A DNA stretch of 64,000 bases. It comes from Patescibacteria group bacterium. GTDB taxonomy: Bacteria > Patescibacteriota > SICC01. Of the stretch, positions 46,265-56,329 are shown piece by piece; within the stretch, counting starts at the first letter, position 1; each line of letters opens with the position of its first letter. The notes under the pieces are model-generated. The model was not told the origin of the DNA. It made no database searches and worked only from the letters and a program-made list of their open reading frames with translations. Both the position numbers and the translations under genes were made by a program. The DNA is taken from positions 499,419 through 563,418 of the forward strand of contig JBBDXB010000006.1 in NCBI GenBank assembly GCA_040902515.1, read 5' to 3'.

Positions 46265-47344
46265 CTATTCAGACCATATGTAGCGGTTTTCCTTCATATA
46301 GATTGGAAAATCTTCACCCGTTTTTACACCTAGCCTCGTACGCAAATTCCTGTACGTGTCGTAAACGTCTTTTCGTTCCTTGAATGGCCTTGTGAGCGAC
46401 CCGTACCTGTCTTGCTGTTCAATAATTTCGGCCGCGCGCCACGGGTCGTTCTTCCCTTCGGCTAAGAACTTGACCAACGTAAGAGGGCGAGAATTTGAAG
46501 ACAGCCTAGCCTCTTTATTCTTGAACCTAAGAGTCTGCTTGTCCGGGTCGAAGAGGAGGCGGGGCTGAAAGTCAGCATCTTCATCGAGCGCGCTAACTAG
46601 TTCTTCATGAACCTTCCCCGCAGGGTATGCGTATTTGGATTTGTGGAATGTCTCATTCTTTTTCTTGAACTGGAACGGGTGGAAGTCGAGAAGTTCGTTC
46701 AACTCAGAGCAACGATCGTTATACTCTTCCAACTCCCGGTGATCTGAATACGGCAGCTCACCAAATGCATGGCGCAGTCGGTACAGCTCAAGTAGCTTCT
46801 GCCATGCTCCCCAAATTGAGTCGCGTTCCTTTAGCTTCGACTCAGCAACCACATCAGTAACGTACCGGATATATGCAGGCGATTTGATGGATACATCGAT
46901 ATCATCTGCACTGTGTTCCTTGATCGTCGCGTACTTCGCCCAAATTTCTTCACGACCATCCGCAAATAGAGCCTTCAAGATTTTCCGCAAGATGGACTCG
47001 TACTGTCCGGCGCGCCATATTTCGCTGTGACTAACATCATGGACTGCCTTTGCGCTTTTGAAGTCGGCTGAATGCTCGGGTAAATCCTTACAGTCCTTTT
47101 GGAGAAGCACTATGAGCTTCCAAAGTTCGTACGAGGCTTCCTTGGACAGCCGCTCCGCTTCTCGGTCGAGTCGCTTCTTCTCGGTGTTGAAACGCTTCTC
47201 AGATATTTTTCGGAGAGTATCCGATCCACGGACGAAGCGGACGTAATCCGCAAGACCTTCGAAATAGCCGGGATCGTCGAGACCCTCGAAAGTGCGATAC
47301 TGGCGCACCAGCTGGCGCTTCAGAGTCGCAGGTGTTTCCGGCAT
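46265..47344 (-). CDS. Hypothetical protein, possible C-terminal winged-helix
   Basis: 359 aa; the C-terminal VYDTYRNLRTRL is OmpR-like. Confidence 0.7.
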   Translation of the reverse strand: MPETPATLKRQLVRQYRTFEGLDDPGYFEGLADYVRFVRGSDTLRKISEKRFNTEKKRLDREAERLSKEASYELWKLIVLLQKDCKDLPEHSADFKSAKAVHDVSHSEIWRAGQYESILRKILKALFADGREEIWAKYATIKEHSADDIDVSIKSPAYIRYVTDVVAESKLKERDSIWGAWQKLLELYRLRHAFGELPYSDHRELEEYNDRCSELNELLDFHPFQFKKKNETFHKSKYAYPAGKVHEELVSALDEDADFQPRLLFDPDKQTLRFKNKEARLSSNSRPLTLVKFLAEGKNDPWRAAEIIEQQDRYGSLTRPFKERKDVYDTYRNLRTRLGVKTGEDFPIYMKENRYIWSE

Positions 47345-47440
47345 TGGATATTCATATTCATCACCGGCAGTTTACTACTGCACTAAGGCGAATGTTCAAG
47401 TCAACGGACAACCCGCATGGACGAACTAGAGGTGTGTTCG

Positions 47441-47668
47441 CTACAGATCCTTGAGTAGCTGGTCTGCCGGAACCTTCAGTCCCTTGGCTAGGCGGTAGAC
47501 AGTCCGAACCGTAGGGCGCATACGTCCCTGCTCGATAAACCCTATGTGCTTCCAATCGACTCCGCTCTTTGCGGCCAGTTGCTCTTGTGTGAGGGACTTC
47601 TCGTTTCGGAGTTTGGCTAGTCTCTTACCCACGGAGTCGAGAAAGCGTTCCTCTTGTCCTGAACTCAT
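47441..47668 (-). CDS. XRE-family HTH regulator
   Basis: LRNEKSLTQEQLA..SGV....IGFIEQG...PT..LAKGL; divergent from the defence operon. Confidence 0.9.
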   Translation of the reverse strand: MSSGQEERFLDSVGKRLAKLRNEKSLTQEQLAAKSGVDWKHIGFIEQGRMRPTVRTVYRLAKGLKVPADQLLKDL

Positions 47669-47724
47669 AGACCCAGCGTCCGCCATGCCGAGCTACGGCA
47701 ACACTAAGATATATTAGTGTGTGT

Positions 47725-49545
47725 ATGGCTACTGCTACCGCAAAGCGTGAAATCCCAGCCGAAGTAAGGGCGGAAGTACTTGAGCGTGATGAAAACAAGT
47801 GTAGGGAATGCGGATCCAAGCAGGGACTCAACCTGCACCACGTCTTGCCGGAACAGTTTGGTGGCAAAGAGACTCCCGACAATCTGATAACCGTCTGCAA
47901 GCTCCACCACAAAGCGAAACACGTGGAATTCCACATGTTCTATGGAGATAGCCGTAGTGTGGTTGCGCATATGAGGCGCTACGCCGACCAGGTACGTCAG
48001 CTGAGCGGTAACTTCTTCGGGTTGATGGGCGAGGTACGGCTTAAGCCCGTTCTCTACCTGCTGACCGGACAACGGACATTCCGTCCAAGTCAGGAAGAGG
48101 TAATCCGGGACGTGCTGGCGGGGCGTGACGTGTTATTTGTGACCCCGACAGGATCAGGGAAGTCACTTTGCTTTCAATTGCCGGGTCTTTTACTAGACGG
48201 ACAGACCATGGTTATTTCACCCCTGAAGTCTCTGATGAAGGATCAGGTTGAAGGATTGCTCAAACGGAAAGTACCAGCTACCTATATCAACAGTGACCTC
48301 GGTACGCATGAGAAAAACCAGCGGATAAAGTTTGCCTTAGAAGGGTTGTTCCGGTTCCTATATGTAACCCCCGAGCGGTTTTTCCAGCCGCGCCTCAACC
48401 TGAAGAACAGACTTATTCGAAAGTACAAACTGTTGGCGGTAGACGAAGCTCACTGCATCGATCTCTGGGGGCGCAACTTCCGGCCTTCTTACGCGAAGCT
48501 AGGAGAGCTGAAAAAGGCTCTGGGAAGTCCTCCGACCTTGGCGCTCACGGCAACGGCATCGAAACGAGTCCAAAAAGAAATACTTAAATCCCTTGATATG
48601 CCGAACGCGAAGCGTTACGTCACGGGTTTTCACCGCCCGGAGATTGAACTTTATAACCTGCAAATACCGGTCGGCTTCAAAGATGAAAAGACAGGGGACT
48701 TACTCAGAAGCGAAGAAAAAGTCGATGCCGCGAAAGCGGATCTCATCGAGCGGATACTCAAAGCTCCGAAGTACTACAAGCCAAACCCTCGGCGCCGGTG
48801 GCGAATGATAAAACGAGATATTGCTCCTAAGAAATTCGCGTTGGTTAAGGATGCGCTTTCAGAGCATCGAGAGCAGAGGGTTTCTTTCTACCAAACTTTC
48901 TTTCGGAAGTATAAGGGAGAGCTGCGCGCGGCGGTAAAGCTCATCCGGGACAAAAAACTCAAGCGTGGCGTGAGCCGTTTGACCAAGGCTCGCCAGAAAG
49001 TGCTTTGGCAGACGTATCAGATCGTCAATGACGACAAAGTTCTGATATTCGTGCCGACCGTTACCAAGGGAAAGGAATTAAGAAAAGAGCTAGAGAAGCG
49101 GGGCATTGCCATTGATTTCTACCATGGGAAACTGCCGGTTCACGAAAAAACCCAAGTACAAAACCGCTATTCCGGACTGTTTGGCAAGCAAAGCCGGGCG
49201 CTGATTAGCACCTCCGCATTCGGCATGGGAATAGACATTTCAAACATCAGGCGAGTGGTTCACTACTCGGTTACGGCAAGCCTAGAGGATTACTATCAGC
49301 AAATCGGGCGAGCGGGCAGGGATCGCAAGCGGTCTAAAGCGTTTCTGCTCTATGCCCCGGGCGACGAGGAATTAATCCGCTTCATGAACGAAGTTTCCAA
49401 AGAAGACAAGGAGGAACCGCTAACCGCACAGCAACGAGAACGCCTCGTTCAAATCGAAGAAAAAGAGTTGTCGGCAATGCTCGACTATCTCCAGGCGCCC
49501 CATCAATGGCGTCACATCCTCGATTACTTCGGAGAAACCGTTTAG
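47725..49545 (+). CDS. HNH endonuclease-RecQ helicase fusion
   Basis: N-terminal RD..KCRECG...HHV...GG....NLITVC..HH. RecQ motifs PTGSGKSLCFQLP, VDEAHC, LTATA, AFGMGID and QQIGRAGRD. Confidence 0.9.
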   Translation: MATATAKREIPAEVRAEVLERDENKCRECGSKQGLNLHHVLPEQFGGKETPDNLITVCKLHHKAKHVEFHMFYGDSRSVVAHMRRYADQVRQLSGNFFGLMGEVRLKPVLYLLTGQRTFRPSQEEVIRDVLAGRDVLFVTPTGSGKSLCFQLPGLLLDGQTMVISPLKSLMKDQVEGLLKRKVPATYINSDLGTHEKNQRIKFALEGLFRFLYVTPERFFQPRLNLKNRLIRKYKLLAVDEAHCIDLWGRNFRPSYAKLGELKKALGSPPTLALTATASKRVQKEILKSLDMPNAKRYVTGFHRPEIELYNLQIPVGFKDEKTGDLLRSEEKVDAAKADLIERILKAPKYYKPNPRRRWRMIKRDIAPKKFALVKDALSEHREQRVSFYQTFFRKYKGELRAAVKLIRDKKLKRGVSRLTKARQKVLWQTYQIVNDDKVLIFVPTVTKGKELRKELEKRGIAIDFYHGKLPVHEKTQVQNRYSGLFGKQSRALISTSAFGMGIDISNIRRVVHYSVTASLEDYYQQIGRAGRDRKRSKAFLLYAPGDEELIRFMNEVSKEDKEEPLTAQQRERLVQIEEKELSAMLDYLQAPHQWRHILDYFGETV

Positions 49546-49602
49546 CGACCTTTTAACTATCGTTGCGCTAAGATTGCTGTATATGCAGATGAAAGCTGAT
49601 GA

Positions 49603-52600
49603 ATGAGTACCGACCAAACATTTCTTACGAATGAGCCGGGAAAACGACTCGTAGACCGGTTCAGGACGCTTATCAACGATACCCGGCTATTTGACTGTCT
49701 GGTCGGGTATTTCTTTGCCAGCGGTTTTCATCAGCTCTACAACTCTTTAGAAAAAACCGAGAAAATCCGCATCTTGATTGGTCTAAAAACTGATCGCACC
49801 GTGAAGAACCTATTTGACGAAGGCCAGATACCGCTCGGCGACTCCCACGCGGAAATCCGAGATGAGGGAGCTAAGCAATTGGCGAAAGAGATGGCTGAGT
49901 CTGACGACAGCCCGGACGTAGAAGCCGGAGCAAAGAAATTCATCGAATGGATACGAAGCGACAAGCTAGAAATCCGCGCTTGCAACGAACGTCTTCACTC
50001 CAAGCTGTACATCATGTCCTTCAAGAAAGGCCACATAGACGAAGGGCGGGTTATCACCGGTTCCAGCAACTTCACTAGTCCCGGACTGAAAGATAACCTT
50101 GAATTCAACGTCGAACTTAAGAACCGCTCTGATTTTGACTATGCCCTGAACAGTTTTAACGAACTATGGGAAAAATCAGTCGATTTGTCGGATCGTTTCG
50201 TGGATACGATGTCGAAAGATACTTGGCTTAACGACAAGATCACCCCATACGAGCTATACCTGAAGTTCCTGTATGAGTATTTCAAGGAACGACTCTCACC
50301 GGAAATCACAGCCGAGGACATTTACCTGCCCGAACGCTTCAAGAAGCTCCAGTATCAGCAAGAGGCCGTTGCTAGCGCGTACAAGATAGTTCGTGAGTAT
50401 GGAGGGGTATTCCTGTCCGATGTGGTCGGCCTCGGCAAGACCTACATGGCGGCGATGCTGGCAAGCCAACTTGAGGGTGGAACTTTGGTAATTGCGCCCC
50501 CATCGCTTCTCGACGAGAACAACCCCGGATCGTGGCCGAATGTATTTCGAGACTTTGGAGTGCGGCGCTTCCGCACGGAGTCGCTCGGAAAACTAGACCA
50601 TTTGCTTACACAAGGGGTCGAGCGGTACAAGAACGTCATCATCGACGAGTCGCACCGTTTCCGCACTGAGGACAACAAGACCTACGAGTCGTTGGCCAAG
50701 ATATGTCGGAACAAAAGAGTCGTGTTAGTTTCTGCGACTCCGCTGAATAACACTCCCAAGGATATCTTTTCCCAGATCAAGCTTTTCCAGCCACCAAGGA
50801 AAAGTGACATCCCGGGTGTCTCGAACCTCGAAGAATTCTTCGGGAGTCTCGACCGGAAAATCAAGAAGATTAAACGTGGAGAAGATTTTGAAGGATACGC
50901 GAAGACGACAAAGGAAAACGCCAAGGAAATCCGCGAAAAGGTACTTCGACATCTAATGATCCGTCGAACCCGCAAAGAGGTGGCTGAGTTCTTCAAAGAC
51001 GATATCGAAAAACAGGGCTTATCCTTTCCGGAAGTGAAGAACCCGAAGGCTGTCTACTACCAGCTCAGCAAGGAAGAAGATCGGATTTTTACGAGAACGC
51101 TGACGCTAATCAAGAACCTTAATTACGCCCGGTACAAGCCGATGCTCTATTACCTCAAGGACATTGGGCAGGCCGAGGAGCAGGCACAGATTAACCTCGT
51201 AAAGTTTATGGAAGTGTTACTGGTTAAACGCCTCGAAAGCAGTTTCTTCGCGTTTCGTCAGACCATTGACCGGTTCGTAGCGACCTATGAAGGTGCCATC
51301 TCGGAGTACGACAACGGCCGTGTCTTTGTGAGCAAGAAGTACGCCAATAAGATTTTCGGGTTACTGGAGTCTGGGGACGAAGACGGTATCCAGCACCTCT
51401 TAGCAACGAAGGATGCGGATGCCTATAAATCTTCTGATTTCAAAAAGACTTTCCGGGAAGACCTAGTGGCCGACTTGAAGGCGCTTCAGGAAATCCAGTC
51501 GATTTGGAAATCCATTAAGCGCGATCCGAAGCTTGAGCAGTTACTAGCAGATCTAAAATCAGAAGACGTTCTAAAAAAGAGCAAACTGATTATTTTCACG
51601 GAGTCAGGGGAGACTGCCGACTATCTGCACAAAGAGATTTCAAAGCATTCTAAGGAAGCCATTAAGTTCTCAGGCTCGTCTAGCGAAGAGCGACGTCGGC
51701 AGGTCATCGATAACTTCGACGCGAACGCACGCAATAAGAGTGATGAATTCAGGTTGCTAATCACTACAGACGTCTTAGCTGAAGGCGTGAACCTTCACCG
51801 CTCTAACGTAGTCCTGAACTACGACATCCCTTGGAACCCAACGCGGATGATGCAACGGGTCGGCCGGATCAATCGTGTAGATACACCCTTCAAAGTCATC
51901 CACTCATACAACTTCTTCCCGACGACTCAAGCAAACACGCAGATTAAGCTGCAAGAAGCGGCTGAGGCGAAGATTATGGCGTTTATCGACATGCTTGGCG
52001 CGGATGCGAAGTTGTTGACCGAGGGAGAGGAAATCAAGTCGCATGACCTCTTCAGCCGCCTGAATTCGAAAGCTACGATTACTGGCGAAGAAGAAGACAC
52101 AGACAGTGAGCTGGCATTCTTCGAAGTGATTAGGAACGTCAGGGACAAAGACTCGAAGCTGTTTGCGAAGATCAAACGGTTGCCGAAGAAGGCTAGGGCG
52201 GGTCGCAAAGCCAAAGACTCACGTCCGGGCTTGGTTACCTACTTCCGCAAAGGAAGGCTTGAAAAGTTTTACCTGTCTTCAAAAGAGATTGATTTCATGG
52301 AAGCTGCCAAAGTGTTTGAGGCTGAACCACAAGAGAAGACAGTTCCGCTAGACAAGGCATATTACTCACTGCTGGATCGGAACAAGGGGGCGTTTACTGC
52401 TGCGACGACCGAGGACGAAGAGGCGGCCAAGGGCAGGGGCGGCCGGGATACGACCACCAAACTCAGGAACATACTTACCTCCAGTGAGATGAGAGGTTAC
52501 GAAGGCTTCTCTGACGAAGATGAAACATTCTTGAATGGTGTCGTCCGAGCGCTAGAAGAGGGCAGCGTACCTGCTCACACGCGCAAAGAGCTTCACAAAG

Positions 52601-52767
52601 CGCTAGAAGCGGAGATTAAGGGTGGAAAAGCCAACCAGACCAGAATTTTGGCACTAACCAGACGGAACTTCCCGGAAGAGTTTCTCGCGTCCAACCGTGA
52701 TACCGGCAATCGTCAAGCGGGCCCGCGCGAAGTAATACTTTCCGAATACTTTGTTCAGAAGAAGTGA
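49603..52767 (+). CDS. PLD-nuclease + SNF2-family helicase
   Basis: HSKLY...GSSNFT..G...NLEFN (PLD); DVVGLGKT, DESH, SATP and WNPTRMMQRVGRINR (SNF2). Confidence 0.9.
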   Translation: MSTDQTFLTNEPGKRLVDRFRTLINDTRLFDCLVGYFFASGFHQLYNSLEKTEKIRILIGLKTDRTVKNLFDEGQIPLGDSHAEIRDEGAKQLAKEMAESDDSPDVEAGAKKFIEWIRSDKLEIRACNERLHSKLYIMSFKKGHIDEGRVITGSSNFTSPGLKDNLEFNVELKNRSDFDYALNSFNELWEKSVDLSDRFVDTMSKDTWLNDKITPYELYLKFLYEYFKERLSPEITAEDIYLPERFKKLQYQQEAVASAYKIVREYGGVFLSDVVGLGKTYMAAMLASQLEGGTLVIAPPSLLDENNPGSWPNVFRDFGVRRFRTESLGKLDHLLTQGVERYKNVIIDESHRFRTEDNKTYESLAKICRNKRVVLVSATPLNNTPKDIFSQIKLFQPPRKSDIPGVSNLEEFFGSLDRKIKKIKRGEDFEGYAKTTKENAKEIREKVLRHLMIRRTRKEVAEFFKDDIEKQGLSFPEVKNPKAVYYQLSKEEDRIFTRTLTLIKNLNYARYKPMLYYLKDIGQAEEQAQINLVKFMEVLLVKRLESSFFAFRQTIDRFVATYEGAISEYDNGRVFVSKKYANKIFGLLESGDEDGIQHLLATKDADAYKSSDFKKTFREDLVADLKALQEIQSIWKSIKRDPKLEQLLADLKSEDVLKKSKLIIFTESGETADYLHKEISKHSKEAIKFSGSSSEERRRQVIDNFDANARNKSDEFRLLITTDVLAEGVNLHRSNVVLNYDIPWNPTRMMQRVGRINRVDTPFKVIHSYNFFPTTQANTQIKLQEAAEAKIMAFIDMLGADAKLLTEGEEIKSHDLFSRLNSKATITGEEEDTDSELAFFEVIRNVRDKDSKLFAKIKRLPKKARAGRKAKDSRPGLVTYFRKGRLEKFYLSSKEIDFMEAAKVFEAEPQEKTVPLDKAYYSLLDRNKGAFTAATTEDEEAAKGRGGRDTTTKLRNILTSSEMRGYEGFSDEDETFLNGVVRALEEGSVPAHTRKELHKALEAEIKGGKANQTRILALTRRNFPEEFLASNRDTGNRQAGPREVILSEYFVQKK

Positions 52768-52768
52768 T

Positions 52769-55700
52769 ATGCAGAATACAGAAGCTACGAAGCTGGTAAA
52801 CGAAGTTCTCGGCAGCCCCTTTGATCGGGGCGGTTTTGGTTCATTAGCCAAGAATATCTTGAAGAAACTCGATGACCGAAGTGAAAACAGTACATTTTCG
52901 TATTCCGGGAACCTCATTCCAGACGCGTTCAAAGGTCATGTGAGCAAGTACGAGCGGCTGGGTAAGTACCAAGACCCCAGCAGTAAGCACCACACCGTTG
53001 ATGTGCTAATAGTTCACTTGGCAAAAACCGACGCCCTAGATCGGGCAAGGACGATGCAAAGGAACTTTATTGCCCGGTATCTAAATGGTAGTCGCGGCGG
53101 GCAACAAAAGGATGCGGCGCTAGTTGCGTTCGTAGCTCCAAATAGAAACGACTGGCGATTTTCTCTGGTACGAATGGATTACAAAGACTTCGGAACGAAG
53201 AAAGAACTTTCACCTGCACGCAGGTACTCATTCCTTGTGGGGCAGGATGAGCAAACTCATACAGCGAGAACGCAACTCGTAGACATTCTGACTTCTGACG
53301 AACTGCCGGATATAGAAGTACTCACATCGGCGTTCAATGTAGAAAAGGTAGGACAGGAATTCTTTGAAAGGTACAAAGAATTATTCCTTCAACTGAAGGA
53401 AGCCCTTGATGGAATGATTGAGTCAGACAAGTCCATTGCCCGGGACTTCAGCTCGAAAGAAGTGAGATCTGAAGATTTCGCAAAGAAACTACTGGGTCAA
53501 GTGGTCTTTTTATACTTTCTTCAGAAGAAAGGATGGTTAGGGGTTCCCAAAGAGAAAACTTGGGGCGAGGGGCCAAAGGATTTCCTTCGAAGACTGTATT
53601 TAGGGAAATACGGCGAATACAGTAACTTCTTTAACGATGTCCTTGAGCCTCTCTTTTATGAAGCACTATCCACGGAACGGAGTAAGCACTATTACGACCG
53701 ATTGAAATCAAAAATTCCTTTTCTCAATGGCGGATTATTTGAGCCAATCGACGATTACGATTGGGTAGATACCGACGTTTTGATACCCGACAAATTATTC
53801 TCTAATTCAGATAATGCAGACTTAGGTACTGGCATTTTGGATGTTTTTGATAGGTACAACTTCACAGTCAAAGAGGATGAACCACTTGATAAAGAAGTAG
53901 CGGTTGATCCCGAGATGCTGGGAAAAGTATTTGAAAACTTATTGGATGTCAGAGATCGTCGGTCGAAGGGTTCCTACTACACCCCTAGAGAAATCGTCCA
54001 TTACATGTGTCAGGCATCACTGCTTAATTACTTGGACTCCCGCATCGACGGGAAAATCTCTAGATCCGATTTAGAGTCTTTCTTAAGGACTTCCGACATG
54101 GTGGTAGAACATGACTCGCTCATTCAGAAAAGGGGAAAAGAAACCTCGGCATACCAATATAAATTGCCAGAAAATGTTAGGGCGTACGCAGATAAGATAG
54201 ATAGCCTTTTGTCTGAGGTGCGGGTCTGCGATCCGGCTATAGGCTCAGGCGCTTATCCGGTAGGGATGATGCATGAGATAGTTCGTGCCAGACAAGTTCT
54301 TGCAATATTCAGCAGCAAACCCTTTTCTGCGTATCAGCTCAAGCTAGACGTCATCCAAAACTCCTTATTTGGTGTTAATATTGACTCCGGAGCCGTTGAG
54401 ATTGCGAAACTCAGACTTTGGCTTTCACTTGTGGTCGATGAAAATTCTACGGACGAAATTGACCCACTCCCCAACCTTGATTACAGGATTATGCAGGGGA
54501 ACAGCCTCGTCGAAGATTTTGGAGAAATTGAACTATTCGACGCAGAAGTCCTAAAAGATGAGTCGTCGCGTGAGGGAAAGAAACTTGCAGTTCGTAACCT
54601 CAAAAAACAGGTTGAGACTCTGGAGAAAGAGTACCTCTCGCTTCATAAATCTTCTCAACTTACGGACGCACGCAAGAAAGCCATCAACAAGGAAATACGA
54701 AGAACACGTCGAAGGTTGAAATTATTAGCCGGCAGCAAAACAGATGACCGCCTCAGTCTGTTCTCGGACAAGGGTGAAGTTGATTACAAACAGGTTCTTC
54801 GAGAACTCTTTGAAAAGTTTTTTGATGCTTCTCATAAGAAAGAAAAAGATCAGCTTAGAAGTAATATAGAAGAAATCCAATGGCACTTAATTGAGTCTTC
54901 GTTAGTCAAAGAGGGTAAGGCAGACAAAATTGATGAGATTGAAGATTTACGCTCCAAAAAACAGAGACCTTTTTTCATTTGGCATTTGTACTTTCTAGAG
55001 GTTTTCGAAGAAAAAGGTGGCTTCGATATCGTCCTTGGCAATCCGCCGTACTTAGAGTCGCGACACCCCAACTTCAGCGAGTCAATGAAGGATGACGTAC
55101 AGCGTGCCGCCCATAAGAGGTGGCCGCAAGACGCCGATAAAATCACAAGGGGATCGGACTTACTTGTTTACTTTTTTGAACTTGGTCTTTCATTAGTAAA
55201 CAAAAGTGGGCAGGTCATCCTTTTGACACAAAACTCTTGGCTCGACACAGAATACGGAAAGAAGTTTCAAGAGTTCTTACTGAAGCATTCGAAGGTAGAG
55301 TCGATTATCGATAGCGATTTCAAACACTTTGATAGTCGCCTAGGACCCAACATTAATACAATCATCACAACTCTCCGATCGGGCGGTAACGAGAAGTCGA
55401 ACACCTATCTTGCAAAGTTTCACGAGAACTATTCTGATATGCCGCTTACGCTCTCAAGCAAACTGGGTAAATTAGCGACTATCAAGAATTTAACTTCGGA
55501 TAGTGGCCTGTTACAGAAGTACAAATGGGGATTTATTCTTTCGAGTAATCAAATATTGCTTGAAGCCGTAGATGCACTGAGTAAGAGCGGGCAATTCTTA
55601 TCCGAGCTAGATGGTATCTCGGTTGGGCAAGGGTTAAACGTGTCAAAATCTTCTATTTACGAGAAAAGCCTCTTAAAGAAGTTTCCCTTCGTAAAGAAAG

Positions 55701-56329
55701 CGACCGTACCTATCGCAACCAGTGCGGATAAGCCAAAGTTCGAAATAACTTCTGTCGAGTGCTTCTTAGTAGACTCAACTCGATTGTCGGAGGAAGAACG
55801 TGAAAAGTTAAAAAAAGCTGAGATTAATTTGTATACTTCGTCTTCAACGTCTAAGGATTATCCAACCATGTCGTTGCCTCGTGGCCTGAGTGATAAACAC
55901 TACTGCACCGTCCATGAAATAAAGACTCATACGGCAAGCGCTGTTGATCTTTATTCGGAGAAAGATTTTGGGAAAGATCTTCGACTACTGAACATCTGGG
56001 CAGTATTAAATTCGACATTAGGTTGGCTCATAAGAGAGACATCTGGAAGAAAGAATTTGGGCGGGGGAATGCTCAAGGCAGAGGCAGTAGACTTGAAAGC
56101 TTTTCCTCTGTATCTCGATCTGAAAAAAGACAAACAGATCAGCAAGATCTTTACGAAGACAAAAGGGCGGCTGGTGAAATCCGTGTTCGAAGAAATGAAA
56201 ACTGAAGAGCATAAAGCCATAGATAGGATTGTGTTCGACCACCTTTCGATACTCCCAAAAAATAGAAAAGGTTTGATTGATCTTACGCTTGAAACAGTTA
56301 GGGATAGGTATGCCAAATCCAAAACCTAG
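52769..56329 (+). CDS. Eco57I/type IIG-like N6-adenine DNA methyltransferase
   Basis: PFLNGGLF, DPEMLGKVFE, YYTPREIV, DPAIGSGAY, AKLRLWL and GNPPY motifs. Confidence 0.9.
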   Translation: MQNTEATKLVNEVLGSPFDRGGFGSLAKNILKKLDDRSENSTFSYSGNLIPDAFKGHVSKYERLGKYQDPSSKHHTVDVLIVHLAKTDALDRARTMQRNFIARYLNGSRGGQQKDAALVAFVAPNRNDWRFSLVRMDYKDFGTKKELSPARRYSFLVGQDEQTHTARTQLVDILTSDELPDIEVLTSAFNVEKVGQEFFERYKELFLQLKEALDGMIESDKSIARDFSSKEVRSEDFAKKLLGQVVFLYFLQKKGWLGVPKEKTWGEGPKDFLRRLYLGKYGEYSNFFNDVLEPLFYEALSTERSKHYYDRLKSKIPFLNGGLFEPIDDYDWVDTDVLIPDKLFSNSDNADLGTGILDVFDRYNFTVKEDEPLDKEVAVDPEMLGKVFENLLDVRDRRSKGSYYTPREIVHYMCQASLLNYLDSRIDGKISRSDLESFLRTSDMVVEHDSLIQKRGKETSAYQYKLPENVRAYADKIDSLLSEVRVCDPAIGSGAYPVGMMHEIVRARQVLAIFSSKPFSAYQLKLDVIQNSLFGVNIDSGAVEIAKLRLWLSLVVDENSTDEIDPLPNLDYRIMQGNSLVEDFGEIELFDAEVLKDESSREGKKLAVRNLKKQVETLEKEYLSLHKSSQLTDARKKAINKEIRRTRRRLKLLAGSKTDDRLSLFSDKGEVDYKQVLRELFEKFFDASHKKEKDQLRSNIEEIQWHLIESSLVKEGKADKIDEIEDLRSKKQRPFFIWHLYFLEVFEEKGGFDIVLGNPPYLESRHPNFSESMKDDVQRAAHKRWPQDADKITRGSDLLVYFFELGLSLVNKSGQVILLTQNSWLDTEYGKKFQEFLLKHSKVESIIDSDFKHFDSRLGPNINTIITTLRSGGNEKSNTYLAKFHENYSDMPLTLSSKLGKLATIKNLTSDSGLLQKYKWGFILSSNQILLEAVDALSKSGQFLSELDGISVGQGLNVSKSSIYEKSLLKKFPFVKKATVPIATSADKPKFEITSVECFLVDSTRLSEEEREKLKKAEINLYTSSSTSKDYPTMSLPRGLSDKHYCTVHEIKTHTASAVDLYSEKDFGKDLRLLNIWAVLNSTLGWLIRETSGRKNLGGGMLKAEAVDLKAFPLYLDLKKDKQISKIFTKTKGRLVKSVFEEMKTEEHKAIDRIVFDHLSILPKNRKGLIDLTLETVRDRYAKSKT

